In this document: piece by piece, positions 1-39,530 of the stretch
Layout of the letters: each line of letters begins with the position of its first letter
Position numbering within the stretch: position 1 is the stretch's first letter
Assembly: GCF_009914755.1 (NCBI RefSeq)
Contig: NC_060934.1
Length of the DNA stretch: 64,000 nucleotides
Reading direction: 5' to 3' (one strand)
From: the human T2T-CHM13v2.0 reference genome, Homo sapiens
The notes under the pieces: model-generated
The model's input: only the letters and a program-made list of their open reading frames with translations
The model's database searches: none
What the model was told of the DNA's origin: nothing
Position numbers and translations under genes: made by a program

Positions 1-1255
<1,255 letters not shown>

Positions 1256-1355
1256 GGAAGACCAGATTGACTTGATGGCAAGTTGTTGTGTCTCAACTTG
1301 AGCTCTTTAGAATAAATATTAGGGGAAGCTCATGATGTTTGGGAAAAGATCTCCC

Positions 1356-1645
1356 GACCGGGCACAGTGGCTCAACACCTGTAATCCCAGGCCAAGGCAG
1401 GCAGATCACGAGGTCAGGAGTTTAAGACCAGCCTGGCCAGCATGGTGAAACCCCATCTCTACTGAAACTACAAGAATTAGCTAGGCATGGTGGTGCATGC
1501 CTGTAGTCCCAGCTATTCAGGAGGCTGAGGCAGGAGAATTGCTTGAACCTGGGAGGCGGAGGTTGCAGTGGCCAAGATGATGCCACTGTACTCCAGCCTG
1601 CGTGACAGGGCAAGACTCCATCTCGGGGAAAAAAAAAAAAAAAAA
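1356..1645 (+). mobile_element. AluS (Sg-like)
   Basis: gatcacgaggtcagg diagnostic and poly(A) tail; flanks aaaagatctccc / aaaagacctccc. Confidence 0.85.
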
Positions 1646-1731
1646 GACCTCCCTAACGGTAACGCACAAGACTTTCTCTTACTGTCAAGGCTGAAGAATG
1701 AGACAGGTGCTTAGATCATATATTGGTCTGA

Positions 1732-1920
<189 letters not shown>

Positions 1921-2765
1921 TGGAAGAGCTGAAAACACAAGCCCAGGAGTGCAGACACTGCCCTAATTGCTTCCTGAGAATTCCCATATTAATAAAGAAG
2001 AAAATTATCTGCCATTTTTTCCTACTATAATAATGCTGAATCTTAATTTAGAGGGTACAAGGGTATGGTAATGCTTGTAGAATCTTTATTATCTCAACAA
2101 TCTAAAAAATGATGTTTATTTCCATAGTTTGATAGTGCCACTTAAATGCCAATTAAACAAGAATATAACATTTCAATAGAAATTTTTATTTCATTTTCAA
2201 TTACTTTGTAAATTCGTGTGTATTTAGTACACTGATTTGTTTTTTTACATTTCTGCTTTGAATGCAGATGCAATTTAATATAATAGATTTTTTAATGAAT
2301 TAATCTTAACATAGTAATCTTTAGCTTTTTATACAAATATATTTAATTTAGGAGTATATGTGTGTCTATACACACACATACATAAATATACCACATATAC
2401 ACCTGATAGTCAAATAAGGTACAGAAATTTTATCTTGTCAATTATGCCAAATAATCTCTTTAATGTGCACTCAAACATGTAATAAACTTTGGATAATTAA
2501 ATAATGTGCCAAATTTAAGTTGTACCACAATATTCAAATCATAGTCTTATGGAACTCTGTAATTGGACACAAACAAAAACTTGTCATATAGGAATTTTTT
2601 TCTGTCTTTTCCCTGTGTACAGCAAACTGAGGAAGAAAGATCATTATTTAATACTGGGCCCTGAAATGACACCCAATTTGTTAATGGAATTATGAAGAAC
2701 AGCAATATAATACACTGAAGAATAACTTAGTATCAGAGACCAATAAATCACTTTTTTAAGGATGA
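1921..2765 (+). other. ADK: ADK 3' UTR (end approximate)
   Basis: AT-rich unique sequence after the stop codon with several poly(A) hexamers, ending just before a MIR. Confidence 0.7.
1991..2747 (+). terminator. ADK: Tandem polyadenylation signals of ADK
   Basis: AATAAA 1991-1996, ATTAAA 2152-2157, AATAAA 2481-2486 (overlapping TGTA), ATTAAA 2496-2501, AATAAA 2742-2747. Confidence 0.7.
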
Positions 2766-2785
2766 CAAAATGGTATAATTGGACT

Positions 2786-2975
2786 TCTGGAGTCAGACTT
2801 TATATGACCTTAGGTAAATCTTCGAACCTCAGTTTCCTTTTTGTAAAATGAGATAATAACCCTTACATAGAAGGTCATTGAGATGATTTGAGCGAGATTA
2901 CCAAGTATAAGATATTTGTTATAATGCCTTGTAAATGCTTTATAAGTAGCTGCTGTTATTATCATTATGATTATT
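2786..2975 (+). mobile_element. MIR
   Basis: MIR core motifs: ctggagtcagac...cctcagtttcc...tgtaaaatgagataata. Confidence 0.7.
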
Positions 2976-3024
2976 TTCTTTTTGAAGAAAAAAAGATAAT
3001 GTTTGTAAAACTGAATTCAAATCA

Positions 3025-3630
<606 letters not shown>

Positions 3631-3719
3631 ATATAAAGTCAAAAACTTGTATGTTGAACTATAGAAAGTTGAGTACTATCTGTAGTGCAATTAATTTAAA
3701 TATAAAGTAATTTGATATT

Positions 3720-5690
3720 TTACAGTGGTGCCAAAGTGATCCAATGGGGAAAGGAAAATCTTTTCAACAGATGATGCTATAAAAACTTGATATTCATAAG
3801 GAAAAAAATGAATCTTTGACCCTGATCTCATACCATACAAAAAATTAGAGATAAAACATGGTCACAACATAACAGCTAAAACTATTAGACTTAAAGAAGA
3901 AAACAGGGGAATATTTTCACAAGTTGGGGTAAGCAAAAGTCCTTGGAAAGAACCATGAGAGCATGAGAGCACTAACCATATAACAAAAATATTGATAAAT
4001 TAGATTTCAAAAAATTAGAACTTTATGTTCATCAAAAGATACCATTAAGATACCCCATAGGCCAGGATACAATAATCACAACACATATATCTGAACTTAT
4101 ATTCAGAATGTATCTTAATACTCTTACAACTCAAAAATACAGATACTTTACAAAAGAAGATATATGAATCACTAAGAAGTACATGATAAAGTATTCAACA
4201 TTGTTATCATGGGAGAAATGAATGTTAAGACCTCATTGAGAATACTACTACACTAGAATGACTAAAATTAAAATGACAACACCAAATGTTGGAGAGGACA
4301 TGGAGCAACATTGCCGATGGCCTGAACAACCACTGAACATTGCTGATGTAAACTGAACAACCACTTTGGGAAAAGGCCCTCAAGTTTTTCATAAAAAAGT
4401 AAACATACACCTATTCGTTCATCCAGTTGTTTCACTTCTGTGTATTTACCCAACGGAAGTGAAAGTATATGTCCGCCAAAGGACTTGCAGCAGTTTTATT
4501 CATCATTGCCAAAAACTGGAAAGGGATAGTTGTCCATCAACAGGAGAGCAGATAAACTGATATATTCAAACAGTGGAATAATACTTAGCAAAAGATGACC
4601 GAGTGTGATGGCCCATGCCTGTAATCCCAGCAATTTGGGAGCCTGATGTGGGAGGATCACTTGAGCCCAGGAGTTAAGACCAGCCTGGACAATATAGTGA
4701 GGACCCCATCTCTACAGAGAAAAAGCAAAATTATCTGGGCATGGTGATGCACACCTGTATTAGCTACCCAGGAGGCTGAGGTAGGAGAATTGCTTGAGCC
4801 CAGAAGGTCAAGACTGCAGTGAGCCATGACTGGGTCACTGCACTCTAACCTGGGTGACAGACGGAGACCCTGTCCCAAAAAGAAAAAATAGCAAAAGGAA
4901 GAAATTAACTGCTGATAAAACAACATGAATCAGTTCAACAATAAAAAAAACCTTACTGAGTTAAACCAGATACAAAAGCATACAAACTGCGAGATTCTAT
5001 GTATTTGAAAGTCTAGAACAAGCAAAACCAACCTATAGTGAAAAAGAGCAGTGGTTGCCTTTGTAGGGGAGGAGGAAAGTGGAAACTGACTAGAAAGGGT
5101 CGTGAGGGGACTTTCTGAACTGATGATGATATGCCGCATCGTAATAGGATTACACAGTTACATGCATTTGTCAATGCTCAGGAAATAGCCCACTTAAGTT
5201 GTGATTTCATTATATTTAGGTTTTACGTCACACACACAAAAAGAATTATAGGCTGGCCATGGTGGCTCACACCTGTAACCCCAGAACTTTGGGAGGCCAA
5301 GGTGGGTGGATCACTTTAGCCCAGGAGTTCGAGACCAGCTGGGCAACATGATGAAACGCCATCTCTACAAAAAAAAAAAAATACAAAAATTAGCTGGGCA
5401 TGGTTGTGCATGCCTGTGATCCCAGATACTCAGGAGGCTGAGATGGGAGGATCACTTGATCCCCGGAGGTTGAGGGTGCAGTGAGCCTTGATTGCACAAT
5501 TGTATTCCAACCTGAGGGAAAGCCTGCCTCAAAAAAAAAAAAAAAAAGAATTATACGCAAATAATGAATTCTAGTTAAATAAAATACATACTGATAGAGA
5601 TAAAGTGTACTGAGGTTTTCAACCTATGGTAAAGTGCATCAAGAAATAAACACAAAGAGGGAGATGAGTAGATGAAAGCTAAGGTAAATA
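3720..5690 (+). mobile_element. Old L1 (L1ME-like) ORF2 end and 3' region with inserted Alus (about 4597-4890 and 5251-5548)
   Basis: L1 3' motifs: cttttcaacagatgatgct, ttcatcaaaagataccatt, tgtccatcaacaggaga, gtggttgcct. Confidence 0.7.
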
Positions 5691-5989
5691 TAACAAAATT
5701 TTTTGAGACAGGGACTTAATCTGTTGCCCAGGCTGGAGTGCCGTGGCACCGTCTCGGCTCACTACACAACCTCCGCCTCCTGGGCTCAAGCAATTCTCAT
5801 GCCTCAGCCACCCTAGTAGCTGGAATTATAGGCATGTGTCACCACACCTGTCTAATTTTTGTATTTTTAGTAGAGATGGGGTTTTGCCATGCTGGCCAGG
5901 CTGGTCTCACTCCTGGCCTCAAGCGATCCTCCCACCTCAGCCTCCCAAAGTGCTGGGATTAAAGGTGAGAGCCACTGCACTCAGCCAAT

Positions 5990-15245
<9,256 letters not shown>

Positions 15246-15289
15246 CTTCCTGTATATCTAATTGATCACCAAGTTCGGTCAGCAGTACC

Positions 15290-15830
15290 CCTCTTAAATC
15301 TCTTCCTCATGTCTCCATCTCCTTTGGTGTAATTTGGAGCATTATCATATATATTTCCCCAACTCTGGTTCTTCCCCATCACCAGTAAGTCCTCCCTCAC
15401 CATGGGGACACCTTGTTAAAGAGGAAACTCAGTCACATTCCCTGGTCTGTTTAAATCCCTTGAGCATCCACCCCTTAGCCACTTCAACAGCTTTCCTACT
15501 GCCATCCCTCCTTATAACCCCCACTTCAGCCTAAACATACCTTATAACTACACTCATGCTTCTAACTGGATTACCACTTTCCCTCTACAACTACTCATAT
15601 TTAAAGATGCTGTTCAAAAGTCAGGTCATCTGTAATGTTTTATTCTGTAATACCCAGGCAATTAGTTGCTGCTTCATCCGTTTTTCTCTCATAGTACATT
15701 GCATATTTCCTTATCATAGTTTATGCAATTGTATTGTATCATATAACTGTTTATTAATGTATATGTCTTCTTCTAAGGCAGAATTATCTACTGCCACATA
15801 GTAGATGCTAAATAAATGTTTGCTCAATGA
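15290..15830 (+). mobile_element. L2 remnant
   Basis: Ends in cacatagtagatgctaaataaatgtttgctcaatgaa, resembling an L2 3' end. Confidence 0.5.
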
Positions 15831-16069
15831 AGACCTTTCTCACTTCTCCAGATTTCTGTAGTGAGTTAGAGACTTAGGAAAGGCAGAGTCACCAGGGATT
15901 TTGGCTGCCAGAAAAACTAGCTCTTCATATTATCTGGCTTTACTTCTGCTCCCATCCTCTGTACTAAAACTCTTCCTTCTTCTCGATGTAGCTTCATTCT
16001 TAGAAGTCTGTCCCTTGGCCAGGTGCAGTGGCATTGTGGCATTTAACCTGCCCTAGTTCCATGCCCCAC

Positions 16070-25316
<9,247 letters not shown>

Positions 25317-25589
25317 GATGCTATGCAATCACAATCAAAATTCTAGCTGGCATTTTTGTGAAAACTGACAAGCTACTGATTCTCAAATTCATATGAAAAT
25401 ACATAGGACCTAGAATAACCAAAACAGCTTTGAAAAAGAAGAGCAAAGTCAGAGGATTTACATTACTTGATTCAAGACATATAAAGCCACAGTAATCAAA
25501 ACAGTGTGGCATTAGCATAAAGTTAGAAACAGATAAGTGGAACAGAATAGAGAGTTCAGAAATAGACCCACATAAACATGCACAAGTGA

Positions 25590-28210
<2,621 letters not shown>

Positions 28211-28239
28211 TTCTGAAATTTTAATTATGTGGCAATTGA

Positions 28240-30896
<2,657 letters not shown>

Positions 30897-31140
30897 TGAA
30901 TTGCTTGAGCCCAGGAGTTCAAGACCAGCCCAGGCAACATGGTGAAACACTGTCTCTACAAAAAATACAAAAATTAGCCAGATGTGGTGGCATGCGCCTG
31001 TAGTCCCAGCTACTCAGGAGGCTGAAGTGGGAGGATCACCTGAGCCCAGGAGGTTGAGGCTGCAGTGAGCTGTGATTGCACCAGTACCCTCCAGACTGGG
31101 CAACAGATCAAGACTCTGTCTCAAAAAAAAAAAAAAAAAA

Positions 31141-31142
<2 letters not shown>

Positions 31143-31182
<40 letters not shown>
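31143..31182. repeat. (AC)n microsatellite between tail-to-tail Alus
   Basis: Pure AC run after a poly(A) tract. Confidence 0.95.
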
Positions 31183-31184
<2 letters not shown>

Positions 31185-31228
31185 TGATTTTTTTGATGCC
31201 ATGCTTTTTTTTTTTTTTTTTTTTTTGA

Positions 31229-31540
<312 letters not shown>

Positions 31541-32341
31541 TAGTCTATTTACAGTTGCTAAGTAATATTTAAGTTCTCTAAAGTCAACTTGAATGTACAA
31601 ATTACTTTCAAGTCTTGGACAGTTTTTGCCTGTGAGGACTTCCCCATAATCACTAAGAACCTCAGCCCTACTCTGCCCTTGACCTCAGAGTTTCCTTGCC
31701 CTCTTGTCGGATTGCTGCCTTGAGAAAGTTCAGACAGAAGCAAGCTTTCTAATCAAGTGCCACCTAATGGTGTGTCAAAATTTGGCTGCCTCAAGTCTTA
31801 AATGCACAAATGAATTTTACTGAGTTTGAGGCCAGAATCAAGGACTTATGGTTAGAGGCTGAATGCATGATGGCTGTGTGAATTTGGGGCCTGATGGTGT
31901 CTGGCAGTTCATTTTTTCCAAAAGGATGGAGCTGTCTTCTATTTCCTCTTAAATGGAAAAAATTGGCCAGGCAAGTTGGCTCATGCCAGTAATCCCAACA
32001 CTTTGGCTGGAGGATTGCTTGAGCCCAGGAATTCAAGACTAGCCTGGGCAACATAGGGAGACCCCATCTCTACAAAAAATACAAAAATTAGCCAGGCGTG
32101 GTGGCATGTGCCTGTATTAGTCCTAGCTCCTTGGGAGGCTGAGGTGGGAGGGTCTCTTGAGCTTGGAAGGAAGAGGTTGCAGTGAGCCGTGATAAGGAAG
32201 AGGTTGCAGTGAGCCGTGATTGCACCACTGCACTCCAGATGGGTGACAGAGGGAAATCCTGTCTCAAAAATAAAATAAAAACATAAAGGGAAAAAAATTA
32301 TCCTAAAATATTCTATATGGAAAACAAAGAGATAAAAGCTC

Positions 32342-33086
32342 TGACAGGCATAATGGTCCCACAAAGATCCATGTCCCAATCCCTGCAACCTGTAAGTACA
32401 TTATGTAACATGCAAAAGGGCCATTGCAGATGTAATTAAGGTGACAGTTCTTAAAATACAGAGATTATTCTGGGTGATCCAGTGAGCCCAGTCTAATCAT
32501 GTGAGCCTTTAAAAGCAGAGAACTTTCTCCTGCAGGAGGCAGGAGAGATAAGGCAGAAGTCAGAGAGATTCAACGCTTGAGAAGGAGTTAGTGAGCCTTT
32601 GCTGGCTTTGAAGGTGAAGGGGCAACGTGACCAGGCGCACAGGAAACCTCAAGAGGCTCAAGGCCAACAGAAAGGAAACGGGACCTCAGCCCTAGCACCA
32701 CAAGGAGCTGAATTTGACCAACAGCCTGAATAAGCTTGTTAGCAGTTTCCTTCCCAGAGCCTCCAGGAAGTAACAAAGCCCTGCTGCCACCTTGATTTCA
32801 GCATTTAGAGACCCTAAGGACAGTACCTTGCCAAGCCCACCCACCAGACTTCTGACTACAGAACTGTGAGAGGCCAGGCGCGGTGGCTCACGTCTGTAAC
32901 CCCCACATTTTGGGAGGACAAAGCGGGGGAGTAACTTGAGGTCAGGAGTTTGAAACCAGCCTGGGCAACCTGTCTCTATTTATAAAAATCGTTTGTGCGT
33001 GTAGAACTGTGAGATAATAAATGGGTGCTGTTTTAAGCTACTAAGTTTGTGGCAATCTGTTACACAGCAATAGAAAACTAATATAT
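32342..33086 (+). mobile_element. MLT1 (D/E-like) solo LTR with an inserted Alu monomer
   Basis: gtcccaatccctgcaacctgt...tgcagatgtaattaag...gttacacagcaatagaaaactaata. Confidence 0.8.
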
Positions 33087-33161
33087 GAGCTGCTTGCAAG
33101 TAGAGACCCCATGTACTTAAAAGGTTCTCAGATAAGTAAGAGGAATGATTCTTAAATTTTA

Positions 33162-33476
<315 letters not shown>

Positions 33477-34215
33477 TTAGGGATATAAATAAAAACATGA
33501 TGGGAGGTATTATATTAGATCACAGAATCAGGACTTTGGGGCTCACATGTTGGCCCTGATGTTGCACTCTGCCGTGGACATGGAACTGGCCTGACAGATT
33601 CAGCTATAGTTATAGAAATTCAGAAAGACACAAAGGCTGAAGACAAGTGGGAGATATGGAGCTCTTATTTGTGTCGGCTATCTGCAGGTTCTGTGAGACG
33701 GGAACAGTAATGGTGCTGTGTTTTGCCCTCAGCTTGCTGTCACTGGAGTTTTCTACCTACCTTGTACAAAGCCAATCCGTTATCCCCTGCCTCGCAGCAT
33801 CAGTCCAGTCCTGCACTCGCCAGGAGTATCAAACAGCTGGAAGATGAGGGCACACTTTTCCTCCCTGGGAAAAAAGTCAGTCCTTTCAAGAAGTGAACAT
33901 ACAAGGCCGCTGGTCCCCTTTGAGGGGACAGGACCAAAACAAGAAAGTCATGTCTTGTCATCTGGTGTCTTGTTGTGTAAACCTCCATTCTATCCCATTT
34001 CCATAAATTCTTTCAAAGGTTTGAGATGTAGGACAACTGGGGCCTTTTCTCAGTTCGAGTCTTCTAGTTTGAACATTATAATTTAATGTGATTGTTAAGG
34101 AGTAAGAATGAAACAATTCCAATGCTACATAAAATAGAGAAATAACGGAAAGTTTCCAGTTTACTTCACAAGCTAACATAACCCTTCCACCAAAACCAGA
34201 TACATGCACACGTGC

Positions 34216-34219
<4 letters not shown>

Positions 34220-34247
<28 letters not shown>
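34220..34247. repeat. (CA)n microsatellite
   Basis: Direct inspection. Confidence 0.95.
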
Positions 34248-34437
34248 CTCAAGCCAGACAGCTTAGTCTCACTTAGGCTATTTATATGGAATTTATAAAC
34301 ACACATCCTAAATGGAATACTAGCAAATTTAATTCATTAGTACAATATACTAAAATAATATTTCATACCCAAGCAGAACCTGTTCCAGAAATGCAAGGAT
34401 GATCAATATTTTAGAAATGATCAATAGTATATATAGA

Positions 34438-34527
34438 CCGTGTCTGTTTTGTACACTAGTATGGTCCTTGTGTCTGGCACAGTGCCTGGCACACAGTAGC
34501 ATATAAGTATTTGTTGAGTGACTGAAT
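34438..34527 (+). mobile_element. L2 3' end
   Basis: gcacagtgcctggcacacagtag...tatttgttgagtgactgaat. Confidence 0.7.
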
Positions 34528-34599
34528 ATTACTATTAATAAGCAGTTCGAAAATAAAATAAGAAGAAAAAGATCTGATGCAAGTACAAATTATAGCAAA

Positions 34600-34900
34600 T
34601 ATACACGTGTTTGTGTGTTATGTATGTATACACACATCATACATATTCCATACATATACATCTATGTATACATGTATATATGTGTATATGTGTATATATG
34701 TATGCATATATACATAAATACATATACATGTGTATATGCATACATATGTGTATATACACATGTGTGCATGCATACGTGTATGTATGTGTATATATGCATA
34801 TGCACATACATGTGTGCATATGTGTGTATATACATATGTACATGCACATATACATGCATGCACACGCATGTATATGTGTGTATATGCACACACACATATT
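34600..34900. repeat. Complex alternating purine-pyrimidine (TA/TG/CA) repeat
   Basis: About 300 bp of tatgtgtatatacacatg-type units; it produces the H/Y/M/C-rich ORFs. Confidence 0.95.
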
Positions 34901-35689
34901 TCACCCAAGAATAAACTTTTAAAAATGTATATAAGATCTGAATGAAGAATAGAGCAAAAGTTTGCCAAGGTACATAACAGAAGATAAATAAATGCGCAAC
35001 ATGTCACATACCTGTGTGAGAAAAGGCAATAATAAAAGATGTCAGTTCTTTTCAAACTAATTAATAAATGAAATGCAGTGTCCATTAAAATCTCAAAGAG
35101 ATTTTGGGAGAGACGAGTCAGTAAATTGTTGCAGAAGAAAAGAAATATGAGGGGATTTTGCATAATTATTAAAATCTGTCATAAAACCACAGTAATTAAA
35201 ACAGATTTGGCATAGAATAGACAGATCAGTAAAATAAAATTTAAAACCTGGAAACAGACTCACATATACACCAGTATTTTGCATATGATAAAGTTAGCAT
35301 TTAAAATCAGAGAAGGGAAATATTATGCAAGCAAATCATGCTGGAATATTGGTTTCTGTTGGGGAAAATTAAGCTGGAGTCCCCACTGCATGCCAATCAT
35401 CAAGGTAAAGTTCCAAATAGATCAGTTATTTTTTTAAATACTATAAACAGAATAATGAGAAAATATAGAAAGTGTTTCTATAATCTTGAGTGGTAAAGAT
35501 TTTTCAAAGCATAATACCTAAAGAAAAATATAAGAGATGCATAGATTTGCCTACATAAAAATTTAAAACTTAAATTTGATTTTTTAAAAAATAACAAGGC
35601 AAACCACAAACAGGGACAAGATGTTGGCAGCGTAAAAGATTGACAAAATATTAATAGCCTTAATTTTATTTTATTTTTTATTTTTTTGA

Positions 35690-36073
<384 letters not shown>

Positions 36074-36755
36074 TAAAAAAGAAATGTTTCTTTTTTTTTT
36101 TTTTTTTTCTGAGACAGGGTCTCACTCTGTTGCCCAGACTAGAGTACAGTGGCTCCATCTTGGCTCGCTGCAACCTCTGCCTCCCAGGCTCAAGCAATTC
36201 TCCTGCCTCAGCCGCCCAAGTAGATTACACCGTGTGCCACCACACCCGGCTAATTTTTGTATTTTTGGTAGAGACGGGGTTTCACCATGTTTGCCAGGCT
36301 GGTCTTGAACTCCTGACCTAAATGTTCCACCCACCTCAGCCTCCCAAAGTTCTGGGATTATAGGCATGAGCCACCACACCCTGCTGAAAGGTTTACTTTC
36401 AATAATAAACACAGAAATGCAGATAAAGTAGAAAAAAAATAAATACCTTTTAATATCTCCTGGGTTACCAACAATTTACTTTTTTGTGTGTCTTTTTTTT
36501 TTTTTTTCCTTTTTGTGGAGAATTGGGGTCTCACCATGTTGCCCAGGTAGGTCTCAAATTCCTGGACTCAAACTAGCCTCCTGCCTCTGCCTCCCTAAGT
36601 GCTGGGATTACAGGCGAGAGCCACTGTGCCTGGTCAGATTATCAACAATTTAAATAATGATAACATAAGCACTGTAAACAAAGACTTCATATATGTAGAA
36701 GACAGTCAAGGCTTTAAAAATATGACCTGGAAATACTGTGTGTAGAATTGTTTCT

Positions 36756-38200
36756 TTTTTCTTTTTTTCAATAACTGGTTTTTGCTTTATTCTGTAGTTC
36801 ACATAGGACAATCCCAAATTCCACACTTGGTTTCTCTCTTCCGTCTTTGTTATTCTTTCAATGTCTATGTCAACAGAGACTGTTTCTCCCAATAGCATAT
36901 GCAGCCTCATCCAGGACACACAGGCCCTCAAAGATCCTAGCCCTCTAGCACTGCCACCTGGGCCTCCCAGGTGACCGCACCCATGCCTGTGCTGGGGCTC
37001 TGCCCTGGTCCTGTCACCCTGAGGTGTCCTTAGGGCGGGAATGCCAAACAGGCTCCATGTGATGTACCAACTCTGAGTAAATACAAGAGGCTGCCTGGGG
37101 CTGAGGGTTGAGAGACAGTCTGTGTCCGGCTTCCATTACAAAGAATGCTGTGATCCATGAGCAATGCCTGCCATGACAATACCCGTTAGAGGTACCTGGA
37201 AGGGTGTGGGGTTTGGAGGGAATGGGCTCAGAAAGGGACAAGGTGTGTAGCCCATCCTTGCCTTAGGTAGTTGTTCTGCTACCCAGGCTGTGCCGTCCCA
37301 CCGGCCAGGTGGCTGAGGAGGAAGTCAAGCCCGCAAAGTTGCAAGTGGCTTCCCCGGGGCCTGCAGGGAACAGCATAAGCTCCAAGCTGGATGGAGTTTC
37401 GAAGGGTGCACACGCTAGGCCTCGTGGGGGTCTGCACACTGCAGGCCACGCTGGCATTAGCTCCAATCCTCTGGGGTCCGTCTCATCCAAGCAAAGACAG
37501 CTGGTTGGCCTCAGAGCGTTATTATAGATGCCACTAGCAGGTAAAATATTTTTACATGGCCCGGACGCAGAAACGGGCTGTACCTCTGGATAAACTTTTA
37601 GAAACTTTCCATCCAAACCAAAAGGATATATCTTCTAGGTGTTACCAAGAAACCTAAACTGAGTAAAAGGACAGGCTTACTTTAATGAAGTTCCAGAATG
37701 GGGTGCATGGCTTTGAAAAGCACTTTGTAGCAGAAGATGTAGGGGTGTGTGTAAAGCAAAGTTTCTAGAATACACCAGAGGAAACAGACGCAACCCGACT
37801 TGGCCTTTGCTTCCCCTGGATGCTGCTCTGTCCCGGCAGTGGGTGGTTACTGGGTCCAGCTGACTTTGGGGGTGTCGCGATGCTCCGTGTGTGCGTCCAG
37901 GTGTCTGCTGAAGTCCTCCTCTCTCTGCCTGTGGGTCTGGGATGCTTTCTTCAGGATCCTTTCCATGTGTCGCTTCTCCTGCACTTTCTCCTGGGCTAGG
38001 GTCAGCTTGAACAGGCCGCACCACTTCTCCTCATTCTTTTTGCTTGTTCCCATCTCTTCCTGAGTTGTGCCTTGTCTTTGTGCTTCTTTTTCTTCTTCTG
38101 CTTGGTCACTCCAAGCTCTGTGATGCCTTTCGGCTTCAGGGGTCCCTTCTGGACCTGCTTGTAGGCCCCCAGGTCACTAGCCTGCAGTTCGGTAGGTAGC
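36756..38200 (-). pseudogene. FAM32A: Processed pseudogene of FAM32A (symbol given is the parent gene); CDS remnant 38172-37847
   Basis: Two frames give AYKQVQKGPLKPKGITELGVTKQKKKKKHKDKA and MGTSKKNEEK...QEKRHMERILKKASQTHRQREEDFSRHLDAHTEHRDTPKVSWTQ*, matching FAM32A. It is intronless, has ATG->CTG and a frameshift, about 1.1 kb of 3' UTR, AATAAA (tttatt 36786-36791), a poly(A) remnant, and TSD agaatt(g/t)tttct at 36744-36755 and 38201-38212. Confidence 0.93.
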
Positions 38201-39239
38201 AGAATTTTTTCTGGAGAAAAGATCAAGCAACATATGTGGAGATTTACGTCCAAGGATGTGCATCATAGAATTCCTGAAAATATATATAGAGAGAGAGAGA
38301 GGCAGAATCTCAATATGTTGCCCAGGCTGGAGTGCAGGCCCAAGCTCCTGGGCTCAAGCAATTCTCTTGCTTCAGCCTCCTAAGTAGATGAGAGTATAGG
38401 TGTGTACTACCATCCCCGGCCAATTTTTTAATTTTTTTTGTAGAGATAAGGCCTTGCTATGTTAGCCAGGCTGATCTCAAACTCCTGGCCTCATGCGATC
38501 ACCCTGCTTTGGCCTCCCAAAGCTCTGGAATTACAGGCATGAGCCACAGCACCTGGCCCTTAAAATATATTTTTTAATTTTTATGTTTTTTATTACATGT
38601 ATCTGCTGATTTTTTTTTTACTTAAAATATTTTTAATGGAAATATTTAAATGTTCTCCAACATTGCGAAACCCCGTCTCTCCTAAAAATACTAAAATTAG
38701 CCGGGCATGGTGGCATATGCCTGTAATCCTAGCTACTTGGGAGGCTGAGGCATGAGAATCCCTTTAACCCTGAAGGTGGAGGTTGCTGTGAGTCCAGATT
38801 GCACCACTGAGCTCCAGCCTAGGTGACAGAGCAAGACTCTGTCTCAAAAAATACATATATATATATATAAATATTCAGCAATAGAAGACTACTTTGGTAG
38901 GTTATAGTCTATATGTAATCCCAGCACTTTTGGAGGCCGAGGTTGGGAGGATGGCTTGAGCCCAGGAGTTCAAGACCAGCCTGGGCAATATAGTGAGATC
39001 CCATCTCTACAAAAAACGGAAAATTAGAAAATTAGCCAGGAATGATGGCATGCACTTGTAGTCCCAGCTACTCAGGAGGCCGAGGTGGGAGGACCACTGG
39101 ACCCCAGGAGGTCGAGGCTGCAGTGAGCCATGATTGTGCCACTGCACTCCAGCCTGGGAAACATGCCAAGACCCTGTCTCTAAAGAAAAAAAAAGTGTGT
39201 TCTGACTTGGTAAATATTAGAATACTTAAGCTATTAGGC

Positions 39240-39530
39240 TATGAAGTCAGAGCTGGATTTAAACCCATCTCTTTCTAGCTGTGTATTGTGAGACAATTTG
39301 CTTAACCTCTCTAAGCCTCAGTTTCCATACCTATCTATTTTATTTATTTTTTTCAGAGGCAAGGTTTGCTACATTGCCCTTGGCGGTTCTCCACCTCAGC
39401 CTTCTGAGTAGCTGGGACCACAAGCTCCTACCACCTTGCCCAGCTACCTTTTAAAGTTGTGGGATTAAATAAATCAGTTTCTATGATGTGCTTATAACAC
39501 AGTGCCTGGCGTTCAATAAACATTCACTGC
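39240..39530 (+). mobile_element. MIR interrupted by an Alu fragment
   Basis: gaagtcagagctggatttaaaccc...cttaacctctctaagcctcagtttcc. Confidence 0.7.

Noticed and set aside
34611-35163. His/Tyr/Cys/Met-rich ORFs resembling metal-binding proteins
   Set aside because: They arise from the alternating dinucleotide repeat and are open in many frames.
36948-37315. CTCF-like CAGGTGGC motifs in the retrocopy 3' UTR
   Set aside because: Both mismatch the 5' CCA core positions and are too weak to call.
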